A stretch of 64,000 nucleotides of DNA from assembly GCA_012522445.1 (NCBI GenBank), contig JAAYKL010000003.1:4711-68710 (forward strand), in the 5' to 3' direction. Every line of letters begins with the position of its first letter. Within the stretch, counting starts at the first letter, position 1. The notes beneath the pieces were generated by a model. The model did no database searches. It saw only the letters and a list, made by a program, of their open reading frames with translations, and was not told the DNA's origin. Made by a program: the position numbers and the translations under genes. This document shows positions 47,225-58,066 of the stretch, one piece after another. The stretch comes from Myxococcales bacterium (GTDB lineage Bacteria > Myxococcota_A > Polyangia > JAAYKL01).

Positions 47225-47827
47225 ATGAGACATCCCCGACTTTTTTCTGTGGCAAACGCCCTGCGCATCGCGGTCCTCGGCACCGCCATCGCCCTGTTGG
47301 CCACCTCCGTTGCCGGCGCCGACAACCTGCCCGAGTTTGGCTCGCGTCGCGCCGCCAGCATTTTGTTCAAAGGGCGGGTGCCCGATCGCTGGATGGAGCT
47401 GGCCGGCGGAAAAAATCCCCCGAAATACCTCCAGTGGCCCATGCCCGGCAGGCGTCTGGGCCGCGGCTTTCACGCCCGTGAAGGCACGCACCAAGCCGTG
47501 GACATCACCGCGCCCATCGGCACACCGGTAAAGGTCATGGCGCCGGGCATCGTCGGTTATGCCAACGACGAGCTCAAGGGCTTTGGCAATGTCATGATGG
47601 TGGTGCACGCGGGCGGCTGGGTCACGCTATACGCCCACCTCGACAAATTTCGCGCGAAGCCGGGCGCCTGGGTGCGCCGCGGCGATGTCATCGCGCTGTC
47701 GGGCAACACCGGTCTGTCGCGCGGTCCACACCTGCACTTTGCGTTGATCTCCCACGGCGTGCCCCTCGACCCCATGCTGGTCATGCGCGGTCACCCCGAA
47801 AAAACCACCGCCCCGCTACAGTTCTAA
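47225..47827 (+). CDS. M23-family metallo-endopeptidase (LytM/NlpD-like)
   Basis: Signal peptide. HQAVDI, GNVMMVVHAGGWVTLYAHL, GNTGLSRGPHLHF. Alternative upstream starts are at 47096 and 47168. Confidence 0.7.
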   Translation: MRHPRLFSVANALRIAVLGTAIALLATSVAGADNLPEFGSRRAASILFKGRVPDRWMELAGGKNPPKYLQWPMPGRRLGRGFHAREGTHQAVDITAPIGTPVKVMAPGIVGYANDELKGFGNVMMVVHAGGWVTLYAHLDKFRAKPGAWVRRGDVIALSGNTGLSRGPHLHFALISHGVPLDPMLVMRGHPEKTTAPLQF

Positions 47828-47898
47828 AATTTAATTTCTCCGCACACCTCTGCGTTGTTCGGCGTGCTTCACGGCGCTTTGTCACGCCATGGCGGGCG

Positions 47899-49578
<1,680 letters not shown>

Positions 49579-50658
49579 TCAGTCTTCTCCTGCGCCGCAC
49601 TCGGCCATGAGGGTGGCCTTCATGTGGCGGTGGACGTCACTGCCGATGAACGAGAAGTCGACGTCCTCTCCGGGGGGGACGGACATGGGCGCCAGGTGAG
49701 CGGCGGCCTCTTCGAGCCGTGCCAAGAAGCGCTTGTCGTCGTCGGCGGCGCGGGCCAGTTGTTCGATGACGCGCTCGCGCAGCGCCAAATCGCGGCAGAT
49801 GAGCAAGCCATCGACGCCGGCTTCGAGGATGCGCACCGCGAGCTGTGCCGCTCCGCCCAGGGATGTCATCGCGCCCATCTCGAGGTCGTCGCTGAACAGC
49901 GCGCCAGAGAAGCCGAGCTGTTGGCGCAGCAGTTGGGTGAGGATGGCGTGGCTGGTGGTGGCGGGGTGGTGCGCGTCCAGGGCGGGGTAGCGCACGTGGG
50001 CTGTCATGAGGGCGCCGCCGTTGCATTGGGCCCAGGCCGCAAAGGGCGCCAGCTCCACGTTGTGCAGTCGCTGGGCATCGTGCGCCACCACGGGCAGCGA
50101 CACGTGGCTGTCCACCGCCGCATCGCCGTGACCGGGAAAGTGTTTGGCCACGGGGTGCACGCCGCCCATTTTGAGGCCGCGCGCAAAGGCGAGCCCGTGG
50201 GTGATGACGCCGCTGACCTCGCCGGAGAAGGCGCGATCGCCGATGACCGGAGAGGCGGGGTGGGTGTCGATGTCGAGTACCGGCGCGAAGTTGGTGGTGA
50301 ACCCCAGCGCCCGCAGCTCCTTGCCCACCAAGGTGCCGGCTCGCTCGGTGGCGCGGGGGCAGTTGTGCTGGCCGAACTGGCGCATGGGTGGCAACACCGC
50401 CAGGGGCTCCCGAATGCGGATGACGCGACCGCCTTCTTGGTCGAGGGCGGTTATCGGTGCGCGCCCTTTGGGGGCCGTGGTCCGCGCCTCGCAGAGCAGC
50501 TCGTGCACCTGGGCGACGCTCTCGACATTGCGCCGGAACAGCACCAGGCCACCAGCGGCACCAGCTTTGATGTCTCTTCGCAGCGCGTCGGGTAGCGCCG
50601 TGCCATCAAATCCCGCGAGGATGACCCGTCCCGCCAGTGTTTCGAGTTCGCTGCGCAT
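49579..50658 (-). CDS. nagZ: Beta-N-acetylhexosaminidase (GH3, NagZ-type)
   Basis: RVILAGFDGT, LDQEGGRV, KHFPGHGDAAVDSH, FSDDLEMGA. Confidence 0.75.
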   Translation of the reverse strand: MRSELETLAGRVILAGFDGTALPDALRRDIKAGAAGGLVLFRRNVESVAQVHELLCEARTTAPKGRAPITALDQEGGRVIRIREPLAVLPPMRQFGQHNCPRATERAGTLVGKELRALGFTTNFAPVLDIDTHPASPVIGDRAFSGEVSGVITHGLAFARGLKMGGVHPVAKHFPGHGDAAVDSHVSLPVVAHDAQRLHNVELAPFAAWAQCNGGALMTAHVRYPALDAHHPATTSHAILTQLLRQQLGFSGALFSDDLEMGAMTSLGGAAQLAVRILEAGVDGLLICRDLALRERVIEQLARAADDDKRFLARLEEAAAHLAPMSVPPGEDVDFSFIGSDVHRHMKATLMAECGAGED

Positions 50659-50686
50659 TAGGTTGTCAGGGGCGCGTCGTGCATGC

Positions 50687-52585
50687 TTAGAACGTGATGC
50701 CCATGAGGAATTGCAGGGTTTGGGGGATGGTGAGATCGGTGTCGCGGTAGGTGGTGAGCTCGCCGTTTTCATTGAGGCCGGTGTGATCGCCCTTGAAGCC
50801 GCCCATGGGAAACAGGATGCCGTACTTGATCGCGGTGTAAAAATTGTCGGCGGTGGAGAACTCCACGGTGGCGTCGACTTCGATGCCCAAGTTGCCGTTG
50901 CTCTTGCTGATGGTGGACTCTGTAAAGAAGGCGCGGGCGTACATCACGTCGAGTTGGGCGCCGAGCTGCTTGCCCAGGGTGGTCTTTAAGAAGTCGTAGC
51001 GCAGCCAGGGCTTGAAGAAATAGGTGCCGGCCACGCTGCCCAAGATGTGGCGGTACAGGATGTAGTCGACGTCGTAGCCCGGGTTAAAGGAAAACATGCT
51101 GTAACGCCCGGAGTTGCCGTTGGCTTGATCGAAAGAGGCCGGGGCATGTACGCCGTCTACCTCGCGATCGCCGGAGGCGATGCCGAACTTCACGCCGATG
51201 CGCAGTTGATCGGAGAGCAGGCCGTGATCGATGTGCAGGGCAGAGCCCCAGCCGACGATGTCGAGGGAGCGCGCTTCGTCGAAGCCGGGCTGCTCGGGGG
51301 TCTCGATTTTGCCAAATTGAAACGCCAGTTCCAGCTCCATGCGGAACGTGCGGTAGAGGAGCTGCAGCCAGAAGTCGGGGACGATGGACCACATGTTGCG
51401 CTTGTGGGCGGAGATTTGGTTGTCGATGCCGGCGTCGTAGTCGTCGTCGGAGGGCTGGGTCCACCACATTTGTTTCTTTTGCTTTTGCCACGAGAAGTGC
51501 AGGCCGGCGTTGATGAGCCAGTCGCCGCGCTTGAGGATGGCGATTTCGTCTTCGCGCTCGTGCTGGTAGGCGATGATGGCCACGAGGCGGTAGGCGTCGT
51601 CGACCTGCGAGACATCGAAGGGGCGCCCGGTGGCGCTGTCCAGGGACAGGCCCTCGTTGGGAAAATCGAAGGCCGGCATGATGAGCCAGTCGTTGAGCTT
51701 GAAGGCCATGGAGAGGCGGTCGACGCTGTCGCCGAAGTCGGCATCTAGGCCGTCGCCGCTGTGGTAGAGCATGCCCAAGCCGAAGTGGGATGGCATGCGC
51801 CCAAAGCGGAAGGTGGCCAGGGGCGTGTTGACCTCACCCCACACGCGCCGCACGTTGATGAGCGCCCCGCGACCGTCTTGGTTGTATCCGTAGGTGGACT
51901 CGGGCGAGATGGTTTCGCCGCCCGCGAAGCGGCTGTGGAGGCGCGGCGAAGAGCCCAACATCACATTGTCGAGGAAATCGATTTGCGCATGGACGCGCAC
52001 CTCTTCGCTGACATTGATGGTGGGGGCAAAGCGAAACCGCATGTTGGCGCCGGCCAGGTTGTTGCCGCAGCGCTTGGTTTTGGCGCCACAGCCCGTGTAC
52101 TGCGGGGCGTTGAGCGGGTACAGGGCGCGGTCGTTGCGGATGTAAAATTTGCTGTACAGCTCGGGGCGCACGCGGAAGTAGCCGTGGAGTTCGAAGATCT
52201 CGAGGTTGCGGTTGATCCACTCTTCTTTGTGCTGCTCGACGATCTCGGCGGAGGTTACGGTGAGGCCGGACGCCGGGTCTTCGCCCAGGGCGCCGAAGTC
52301 CAGGGTCAGCTCGTCGTCATCGCCGTCGTCATCATCGTCGAGATCGCCGTCGTCATCGAGAACGCTGTCGTCGTTATCGTCGTCGGGCGTGGCGTCCGTC
52401 GGTGCGGCTTCGGCATCGTCGTCTTCGGGGGGAACTGCGTCGGGGGTTTGCGCCAAAAGCGAGACGCCCGCAGTGAGAAACACCAGCGCGAGTATCTGCG
52501 AAAAAAACTGTTTTGCGCTCAAGATCGGCCTCCTTAAAAGGGGGATATGTTGCGAAGCGTTTCGCGAAACGGATGCGATTTCCAA
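50687..52585 (-). CDS. Outer-membrane beta-barrel protein with acidic Asp-rich N-terminal region (Myxococcales-type large OMP)
   Basis: Signal-like FFSQILALVFLTAGVSLLAQ. Then about 60 aa of D/E-rich low complexity (DDDNDDSVLDDDGDLDDDDDGDDDE). Alternating amphipathic strands to a C-terminal ...TLQFLMGITF (terminal Phe). Confidence 0.6.
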   Translation of the reverse strand: MEIASVSRNASQHIPLLRRPILSAKQFFSQILALVFLTAGVSLLAQTPDAVPPEDDDAEAAPTDATPDDDNDDSVLDDDGDLDDDDDGDDDELTLDFGALGEDPASGLTVTSAEIVEQHKEEWINRNLEIFELHGYFRVRPELYSKFYIRNDRALYPLNAPQYTGCGAKTKRCGNNLAGANMRFRFAPTINVSEEVRVHAQIDFLDNVMLGSSPRLHSRFAGGETISPESTYGYNQDGRGALINVRRVWGEVNTPLATFRFGRMPSHFGLGMLYHSGDGLDADFGDSVDRLSMAFKLNDWLIMPAFDFPNEGLSLDSATGRPFDVSQVDDAYRLVAIIAYQHEREDEIAILKRGDWLINAGLHFSWQKQKKQMWWTQPSDDDYDAGIDNQISAHKRNMWSIVPDFWLQLLYRTFRMELELAFQFGKIETPEQPGFDEARSLDIVGWGSALHIDHGLLSDQLRIGVKFGIASGDREVDGVHAPASFDQANGNSGRYSMFSFNPGYDVDYILYRHILGSVAGTYFFKPWLRYDFLKTTLGKQLGAQLDVMYARAFFTESTISKSNGNLGIEVDATVEFSTADNFYTAIKYGILFPMGGFKGDHTGLNENGELTTYRDTDLTIPQTLQFLMGITF

Positions 52586-52648
52586 CGAAACGAATCAATT
52601 GCGAGACGTATAAAACATTGCACCGGAAGCGTCCAGCAATACCGAAAG

Positions 52649-52706
52649 GATTGCGGGCGGGATTGCGGCGGGATTGCGGCGGGATTGCGGGCGAGTTTGC
52701 GGGAGA
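52649..52706. repeat. Degenerate 11-12-bp tandem repeat (GATTGCGG(G)CGG)x4-5 in the giant-protein/OMP intergenic spacer
   Basis: gattgcgggcgg gattgcggcgg gattgcggcgg gattgcgggcga gtttgcgggaga, read directly from the sequence. Confidence 0.85.
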
Positions 52707-52719
52707 TTTTGTGGTGAAA

Positions 52720-55700
52720 TTACGGGCAGGCGAGGTGCAGGGTCACGCTGTTGGGCGCGAAATGCTCTGTGGTCGAATCGAGCACCACGGTGACCTTCTC
52801 GCCAACCGAATGCACAGAGATGTCGATTTCATTGGTATCGCGATCATTGCACCAGGTGGGCTCGCAGGGCAGGCCCGCAAAGTACAGCAGCTCGACATCG
52901 AAGCCCGTGGGGTTCACAGCGGTGACCGTCAGGGTGCCGGTGGTGTGTGTATTCATGTGCAGGCGCAGCGGCGCTTCCGGGCCGATGTAGGGACCGCCGG
53001 GGCAGGAGGGGCCGTAGCTGAGATAGGAGCGGGTGAGGAAGTCCGCGTAGCTGTAGAGCGTGATGCTTTGGCCGCAGGCAATTTCGGGGAAGTCGACGCC
53101 GCCGTAATTTTTGCAGGTGAAATCGAAGTCGTCGAAATTCTCCTGGCAGCGCACGTCTTGGCAGATGCCCACATAGGTGGTGAGGCAGACGTCTTCGCTG
53201 GGCACGCACATCATCGGGCTGCCCGGTACAAAGGGATTGGCCCGGCACACACCGTCGCCATAACAGCTAAATTCGTCAGCGCAGGGGTCGCCCTCTTGCA
53301 TGGGCACGTTGTTGCACACGGCCACGCCGCCGCCCACCGAGCACAGGTCGTCGGTGCACGGATCGTTGTCGAAACAAGGCGCCCTATAAAACGGGCCGGA
53401 TACGCAGTTGCCCGCCATGCAGTAATCGAGATCGCCGTTGCAGGGATCGCCGTCGTCGCAGATTGCGTAATCGGCGCGCGGGTTGGGCACGCAGGTGTGT
53501 CCGGTGCCCGACTGGTTTTCCACGCAGCGGTGCGGATCGCACGGGGTGGCGTAGCCTTCTTCTAGGCAGGTGGGCACGCCCATGGCGCACATGCGCTGTG
53601 CCTCGTTGCATTCGCCGGGGTTGCACTCGCGGTTGGTGGCGCAGGGATCGGCGGTGAACCGGGTGAAGTCGCAGCGCTTGGCCACATTGCAGGTGTAGTG
53701 CCCGTTGCAGAACAGGTCGTCGTTGTCGCAGTCGCGGTCGTCGATGCAGGCGCAGTCGCGCATTACGGAGCCCGTCGCGCAGGTGTAGGTTTCGAGGCCT
53801 TGGCCCGAGGCGCAGTAATCGATGATCGGCACGCAGGCCCCTTGGCCGTCGCAGCGGTTGTCGCCTGTGCAGGTGCGCGTCCCGGCGACGTCCTGTGCGC
53901 CACAGGACAAGGGCGGCCCCAGTGCGCACTGGTGGGTGTTGGGGTTGCAGGCGCCGTCCACGCGGCAGGTGCTTTCGCAGTCGCTGCTGGAGCCGCAGCA
54001 AACACCGCTGGTGCAGCAATGGCCGTTGTTGCAGTGCCCCGAGGCGCAGTCGTCATTATCGGTGCAGGTGTTGCCGTTGGGCTGGCGGCATTCGCCGGTG
54101 GCCTGGTGGCAAACCGTCCCGTGGAGGCAGTGGTTGTTGTCGGTGCAGGCGGTGCGGCACTTTTCGATGGGCGCAGGGCCGCTGCAATCGAAGCCGCCGC
54201 TGCTCGCGTAGTTGCCCAGATCGGCGCAGGTGGTGGCCAAGGCGCAGGTGCCCGCGCCATCGCAGCGGTACGGGTCGGTACAATTGGAGTTCGTCCCGTA
54301 AAAGGTGCCGCCACAGGGAATCCAATATGTGGGCACGCAACTGTGGTTGTCGCAGTTCACCGAGCGGCAGTCGTCGGCGCAATCGGCGGGGGTGTTGCAG
54401 CATTCGCCAAAGTCGCAGCAGAGACCGTTGTTGCAGTGGTTGGAACCGCAGTCGGCGTCGTCGTTACAGGGGCTGCCGTTGGGGGCTTCGCAGCGCTGGG
54501 TGGCGGTGTTGCAGAGGGCGCCGCCACGGCAGTGCACGTCGCTCGTGCAGGTGGTGCGGCAAATCTCGACCGGTGCCCCGGAGGCGCAGTTGAAGGTGCC
54601 GGTGCCGATGTAGGCGCTGTCCTGATCGGCGCAAGTGGAGACCGCCGCGCAGTTGCCCGCGCCATCGCAGCGCTGGGTGCCGCCACACGTGGTCGCCCCG
54701 GCGTTGTCGGCGTAGCCGCACGGGGTGAAGGTGTATTGGCAGCGGCTGCCGTTGCAAGTGGCGGTGCGGCAGTCATCGGAGCAATCGGCTGCGGAGGCGC
54801 AGCACTCGCCGCTGGTGCAGCAATACCCGTTGTTGCAGTGGCCCGAGACGCAGTCGTCGGCGTCGGTGCACGCGTTGCCGTTGGGCAGGCGGGGCACGCA
54901 GGCGCCGTTGTCGCAGCGCGTCCCCTGGAGGCAGTGGCTGTTGTCGGTGCAGGTGGTGCGGCAGTTTTCGAGGGGGATGCCGCCCGTGCAGTTGTAGGTG
55001 CCGTCGCCCGCGTACAGATCGCCTTGGGCGTCGCAGGTGGTGACGTTGGCGCAGACGCCCGCGCCATTGCAGCGCTTGTTGCCGTCGCAGGTGGCGGTGC
55101 CATCGGTGTCGGCGGCCCCGCAGGGCATGTAAGTGGGCGCGCATTGGAAGGCGGCGGTGCAGGTGGCGTCGCGGCACAGGTCGTTGCAGTCGTCGGCCGT
55201 GGCGCAGCATTCACCGCTGGCGCAGCACACGCCGTTGAAGCAGTGGTTGGAGGCGCAGTCGCTGTTTCTGTCGCAGGTGTGCCCGTCCGGCGCCACGCAG
55301 CGATAGGTGGTGGTGTTGCATTCGAGGCCCGGCGCGCAGTGGCTGTTGTTGCTGCACGTGGTGCGGCACTGTTCGATGGGGGTGCCCGTGCTGCAGTTGT
55401 AGGTGCCGCTGGGGGTGTAGTAGCTGCCCTGGTCGACGCAGGTGGTCACGGACTCGCACGCTCCCGCACCGTTGCAGCGGTTGTCACCGGTGCACTGAAA
55501 GGTGCCCTGGGTGTCTTCTTGGCCGCAGCCCAAGAGGGTGTAGCGGCATTGGTGCACATCGCAGGTGGCGGTGCGGCAGTCGTCGCCGCAGTCGGAGGCC
55601 GTGGCACAGCAATCGCCGCTGTCGCAGCAGTAGCCGTTTTGACAGTATTCGGAGGCGCAGTCCCAGTCCTCGGTGCACGCGGTGCCGTCGGGCAGGCCGC

Positions 55701-57981
55701 ACACTCCGGTGCCGAAATGACACACGTTGCCGTTGATGCAGTGACCTGCCTGGCTGCATTTGTCGAGGCAGTTTTCTTCGGGTTGGCCAGAGGCGCAGGT
55801 GTAGGTGTTGTCACTGGCATAGGCGCTGCCCTTGGCGGCACAGGTCAACACGGGTTGGCACTGCCCCGCGCCGTCGCAGCGGTTGGCCCCGCCACAGGTC
55901 GTCGCTCCGGTGGTGTCGGTGCGGCCGCATTGGATGAAGGTGGCGTTGCATTGAAAACCCGTGCACGACACGTTGCGGCATTCGTCGTTGCAGTCGGAGG
56001 CATTTTGGCAGCACGCGCCGCCCGTACAGCAGATGCCGTTATTGCAGTGGTCGGAGGCGCAGTCCCAGTTGTCGGTGCAGGACTCGCCGTTGGTGCTGCC
56101 CGGCTCCACGCACACGCCGGTGTTGGTGTTGCAGCGCCGGTTGTTGAGGCAGTCCATCGATGTGGTGCACTGCGTTAAACAGCGCTCGGCGGGCACGCCG
56201 CCCACACAGGTGTAGCCGCCGTCGCTGCGGTACAGGCTGCCCTGGTCGACGCAGGTGAGGATTGTGCGGCAGCTCCCCGTGCCGTCGCAGCGCTTGTTGC
56301 CGCTGCACTGGGAGGGGCCGAAGGTGTCGGGATCGCCGCAGGGGATGAACGCGGTTTGGCACTGGTGTCCCGCGCTGCAGGTGGCGGTGCGGCACACGTC
56401 GTTGCAGTCGTCGGCCGTGTTGCAGCACTCACCGCCGGCGCAGCAGATGCCCTGGTTGCAGTAGTTGGAGGCGCAATCCGAGGAGCTGGTGCAGACATCG
56501 CCGTCCCGCGCCGTGCAGCGTCCGAGGACGGTGTTGCACCGCGAGCCGTCGACGCAATGGGCGTCGCTCGTGCACTGGGTGCGGCAGTTTTCGATCGGGG
56601 CCCCAGAGGTGCAGTTGAAGGTGCCCAGGCCCGTAAATAGGCTGCCCTGATCGGCGCAGGTGGTGGTGGGTTTGCACGCGCCGGCGCCGTCGCAGCGGTT
56701 GTTGCCCACGCAGGTGCTGTTGCCGGTGTTGTCTTCGGCGCCGCAGGCCATGAAGGTGCTGATGCATTGGAACGATGGCGAGCAGCTCGCGTTGCGGCAG
56801 GCGTCGTTGCAGTCGGTGTCTGCGCCGCAGCATTCGCCCGAGGCGCAGCAGTGTCCGTTTTCACAGTGATTGGAGTTGCACTGATCGTTTTGTTGGCAGC
56901 CCTGTCCGTTGGGTAGCACGCAGCGGTTTTCGTTGTTGCAGAGGGCCCCAGCGCTGCACTCCCGGCTGTTTGTGCAACTGGTGCGGCACACCTCGGTGGG
57001 CACATTGTTGTCGCAGACAATGGCGCCGGTGGTGGCGTAGACGTTGCCCTGCTCAGCGCAGGTGCGCACCGGCAGGCAATTTCCTAGGCCGTCGCAGCGA
57101 CTGGCCCCGTCGCAGGTGGTGGTTCCGTCGCTGTCCTTGGTGCCGCAGGGCAAGAAGAGCGCTTCGCATTGGAACAGCGCGTTGCAGGTGGCGCTGCGAC
57201 ACTCGTTGGAGCAGTCGGCGGAGGTGGCACAGCAGTCGCCGCCCGCGCAGCAGATGCCGTTGCGGCAATGGCCCGAGAGGCACTGGGCGTCGCCGGAGCA
57301 GGTTTCGCCGTTTAGGTGCAATGTGACATCGACGCACACGCCGTCGACACAGCGGCCGTCCGCCGTGCAGGTCGTCGCTTCGTTGGCCGTAGTGCAAGTG
57401 GTGAAGCACTGCATGGTGGGCGCCTCGCCCGAGCAGTTGTAACCGCCCCGGACCGCAAAGAAGCCGCAGTCCGTCGCCGGTGTTTGGCAGCGGCCGTTGC
57501 CATCGCAGACATCGCCGCCGGTGCAGGTCTCCCAGCCGTCGAGGTCTTCGCTGCCGCACCCGTAGCCCAGTATCACGTAGTCGCACATGCTCTCTTGGCA
57601 CATCGCCGTGGTGCACAGGTCGCGCTTGCAGTCGCCGGCGCTGCCGCAGCACTCGCCGGATTCGCAGCAGGTGCCGTTGTTGCAGTGGTTGGAGTAACAC
57701 TCGCAGTGCTCCAGACAGGCGTCGCCATCGAAGGCAAAGGGAATGCATTGTCCCGGGGGCGTGGTGTCGGTGTCCGGGACCGGATCGGTGTCGGTGCTGG
57801 GGGGCGGCGGATCCGTGTCGGAGCCAACGGGTGGCGTCGTGTCCTTGGGGTTGGTGTCCCAGGTGAAGATGTCGGTGGGGGAATCGCTGTCGCCAGAACA
57901 CCCCAAGACCGCCAGCATAATGGCCAGCCCCATCGCCCCCAAAACAACGGATCCATTTAATGCAAAACGACTGTGTGACAC
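52720..57981 (-). CDS. Giant secreted cysteine-rich tandem-repeat lipoprotein (1753 aa) with 10 copies of a roughly 98-aa Cys module and a C-terminal beta-sandwich-like domain
   Basis: Lipobox MGLAIMLAVLGCSG (alternative start at 57933). T/P/D-rich linker. Ten repeats, each G-x-C-xxxx-DC-x-S-x-HC-x-NG-x-CC-x-G-x-CC-xxxx-DC-xxx-CR-x-ATC-...-PCG-..D..G..TC.G..RCDG.G.C...TC..QG..Y...G.Y.C..G.P.E.CRT.C. Final Cys-knot-like region CDDGDPCNGDLDYC. Ends ...TVVLDSTTEHFAPNSVTLHLACP. Confidence 0.7.
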   Translation of the reverse strand: MSHSRFALNGSVVLGAMGLAIMLAVLGCSGDSDSPTDIFTWDTNPKDTTPPVGSDTDPPPPSTDTDPVPDTDTTPPGQCIPFAFDGDACLEHCECYSNHCNNGTCCESGECCGSAGDCKRDLCTTAMCQESMCDYVILGYGCGSEDLDGWETCTGGDVCDGNGRCQTPATDCGFFAVRGGYNCSGEAPTMQCFTTCTTANEATTCTADGRCVDGVCVDVTLHLNGETCSGDAQCLSGHCRNGICCAGGDCCATSADCSNECRSATCNALFQCEALFLPCGTKDSDGTTTCDGASRCDGLGNCLPVRTCAEQGNVYATTGAIVCDNNVPTEVCRTSCTNSRECSAGALCNNENRCVLPNGQGCQQNDQCNSNHCENGHCCASGECCGADTDCNDACRNASCSPSFQCISTFMACGAEDNTGNSTCVGNNRCDGAGACKPTTTCADQGSLFTGLGTFNCTSGAPIENCRTQCTSDAHCVDGSRCNTVLGRCTARDGDVCTSSSDCASNYCNQGICCAGGECCNTADDCNDVCRTATCSAGHQCQTAFIPCGDPDTFGPSQCSGNKRCDGTGSCRTILTCVDQGSLYRSDGGYTCVGGVPAERCLTQCTTSMDCLNNRRCNTNTGVCVEPGSTNGESCTDNWDCASDHCNNGICCTGGACCQNASDCNDECRNVSCTGFQCNATFIQCGRTDTTGATTCGGANRCDGAGQCQPVLTCAAKGSAYASDNTYTCASGQPEENCLDKCSQAGHCINGNVCHFGTGVCGLPDGTACTEDWDCASEYCQNGYCCDSGDCCATASDCGDDCRTATCDVHQCRYTLLGCGQEDTQGTFQCTGDNRCNGAGACESVTTCVDQGSYYTPSGTYNCSTGTPIEQCRTTCSNNSHCAPGLECNTTTYRCVAPDGHTCDRNSDCASNHCFNGVCCASGECCATADDCNDLCRDATCTAAFQCAPTYMPCGAADTDGTATCDGNKRCNGAGVCANVTTCDAQGDLYAGDGTYNCTGGIPLENCRTTCTDNSHCLQGTRCDNGACVPRLPNGNACTDADDCVSGHCNNGYCCTSGECCASAADCSDDCRTATCNGSRCQYTFTPCGYADNAGATTCGGTQRCDGAGNCAAVSTCADQDSAYIGTGTFNCASGAPVEICRTTCTSDVHCRGGALCNTATQRCEAPNGSPCNDDADCGSNHCNNGLCCDFGECCNTPADCADDCRSVNCDNHSCVPTYWIPCGGTFYGTNSNCTDPYRCDGAGTCALATTCADLGNYASSGGFDCSGPAPIEKCRTACTDNNHCLHGTVCHQATGECRQPNGNTCTDNDDCASGHCNNGHCCTSGVCCGSSSDCESTCRVDGACNPNTHQCALGPPLSCGAQDVAGTRTCTGDNRCDGQGACVPIIDYCASGQGLETYTCATGSVMRDCACIDDRDCDNDDLFCNGHYTCNVAKRCDFTRFTADPCATNRECNPGECNEAQRMCAMGVPTCLEEGYATPCDPHRCVENQSGTGHTCVPNPRADYAICDDGDPCNGDLDYCMAGNCVSGPFYRAPCFDNDPCTDDLCSVGGGVAVCNNVPMQEGDPCADEFSCYGDGVCRANPFVPGSPMMCVPSEDVCLTTYVGICQDVRCQENFDDFDFTCKNYGGVDFPEIACGQSITLYSYADFLTRSYLSYGPSCPGGPYIGPEAPLRLHMNTHTTGTLTVTAVNPTGFDVELLYFAGLPCEPTWCNDRDTNEIDISVHSVGEKVTVVLDSTTEHFAPNSVTLHLACP
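53990..57750 (-). repeat. About 290-bp coding tandem repeats (10 copies) within giant protein 1. Boundaries approximate.
   Basis: Periodic recurrence of the HC-x-NG-x-CC motif in the translation, with correspondingly periodic junk ORFs on the opposite strand. Confidence 0.6.
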
Positions 57982-58066
57982 GGTTGGTTTTCCCTTTCAG
58001 ATAGTGACGTTATACAGGCGCCCACCGGGCGGGCGCTGACGGTGACATGCGGGACATCGCGTTTCG

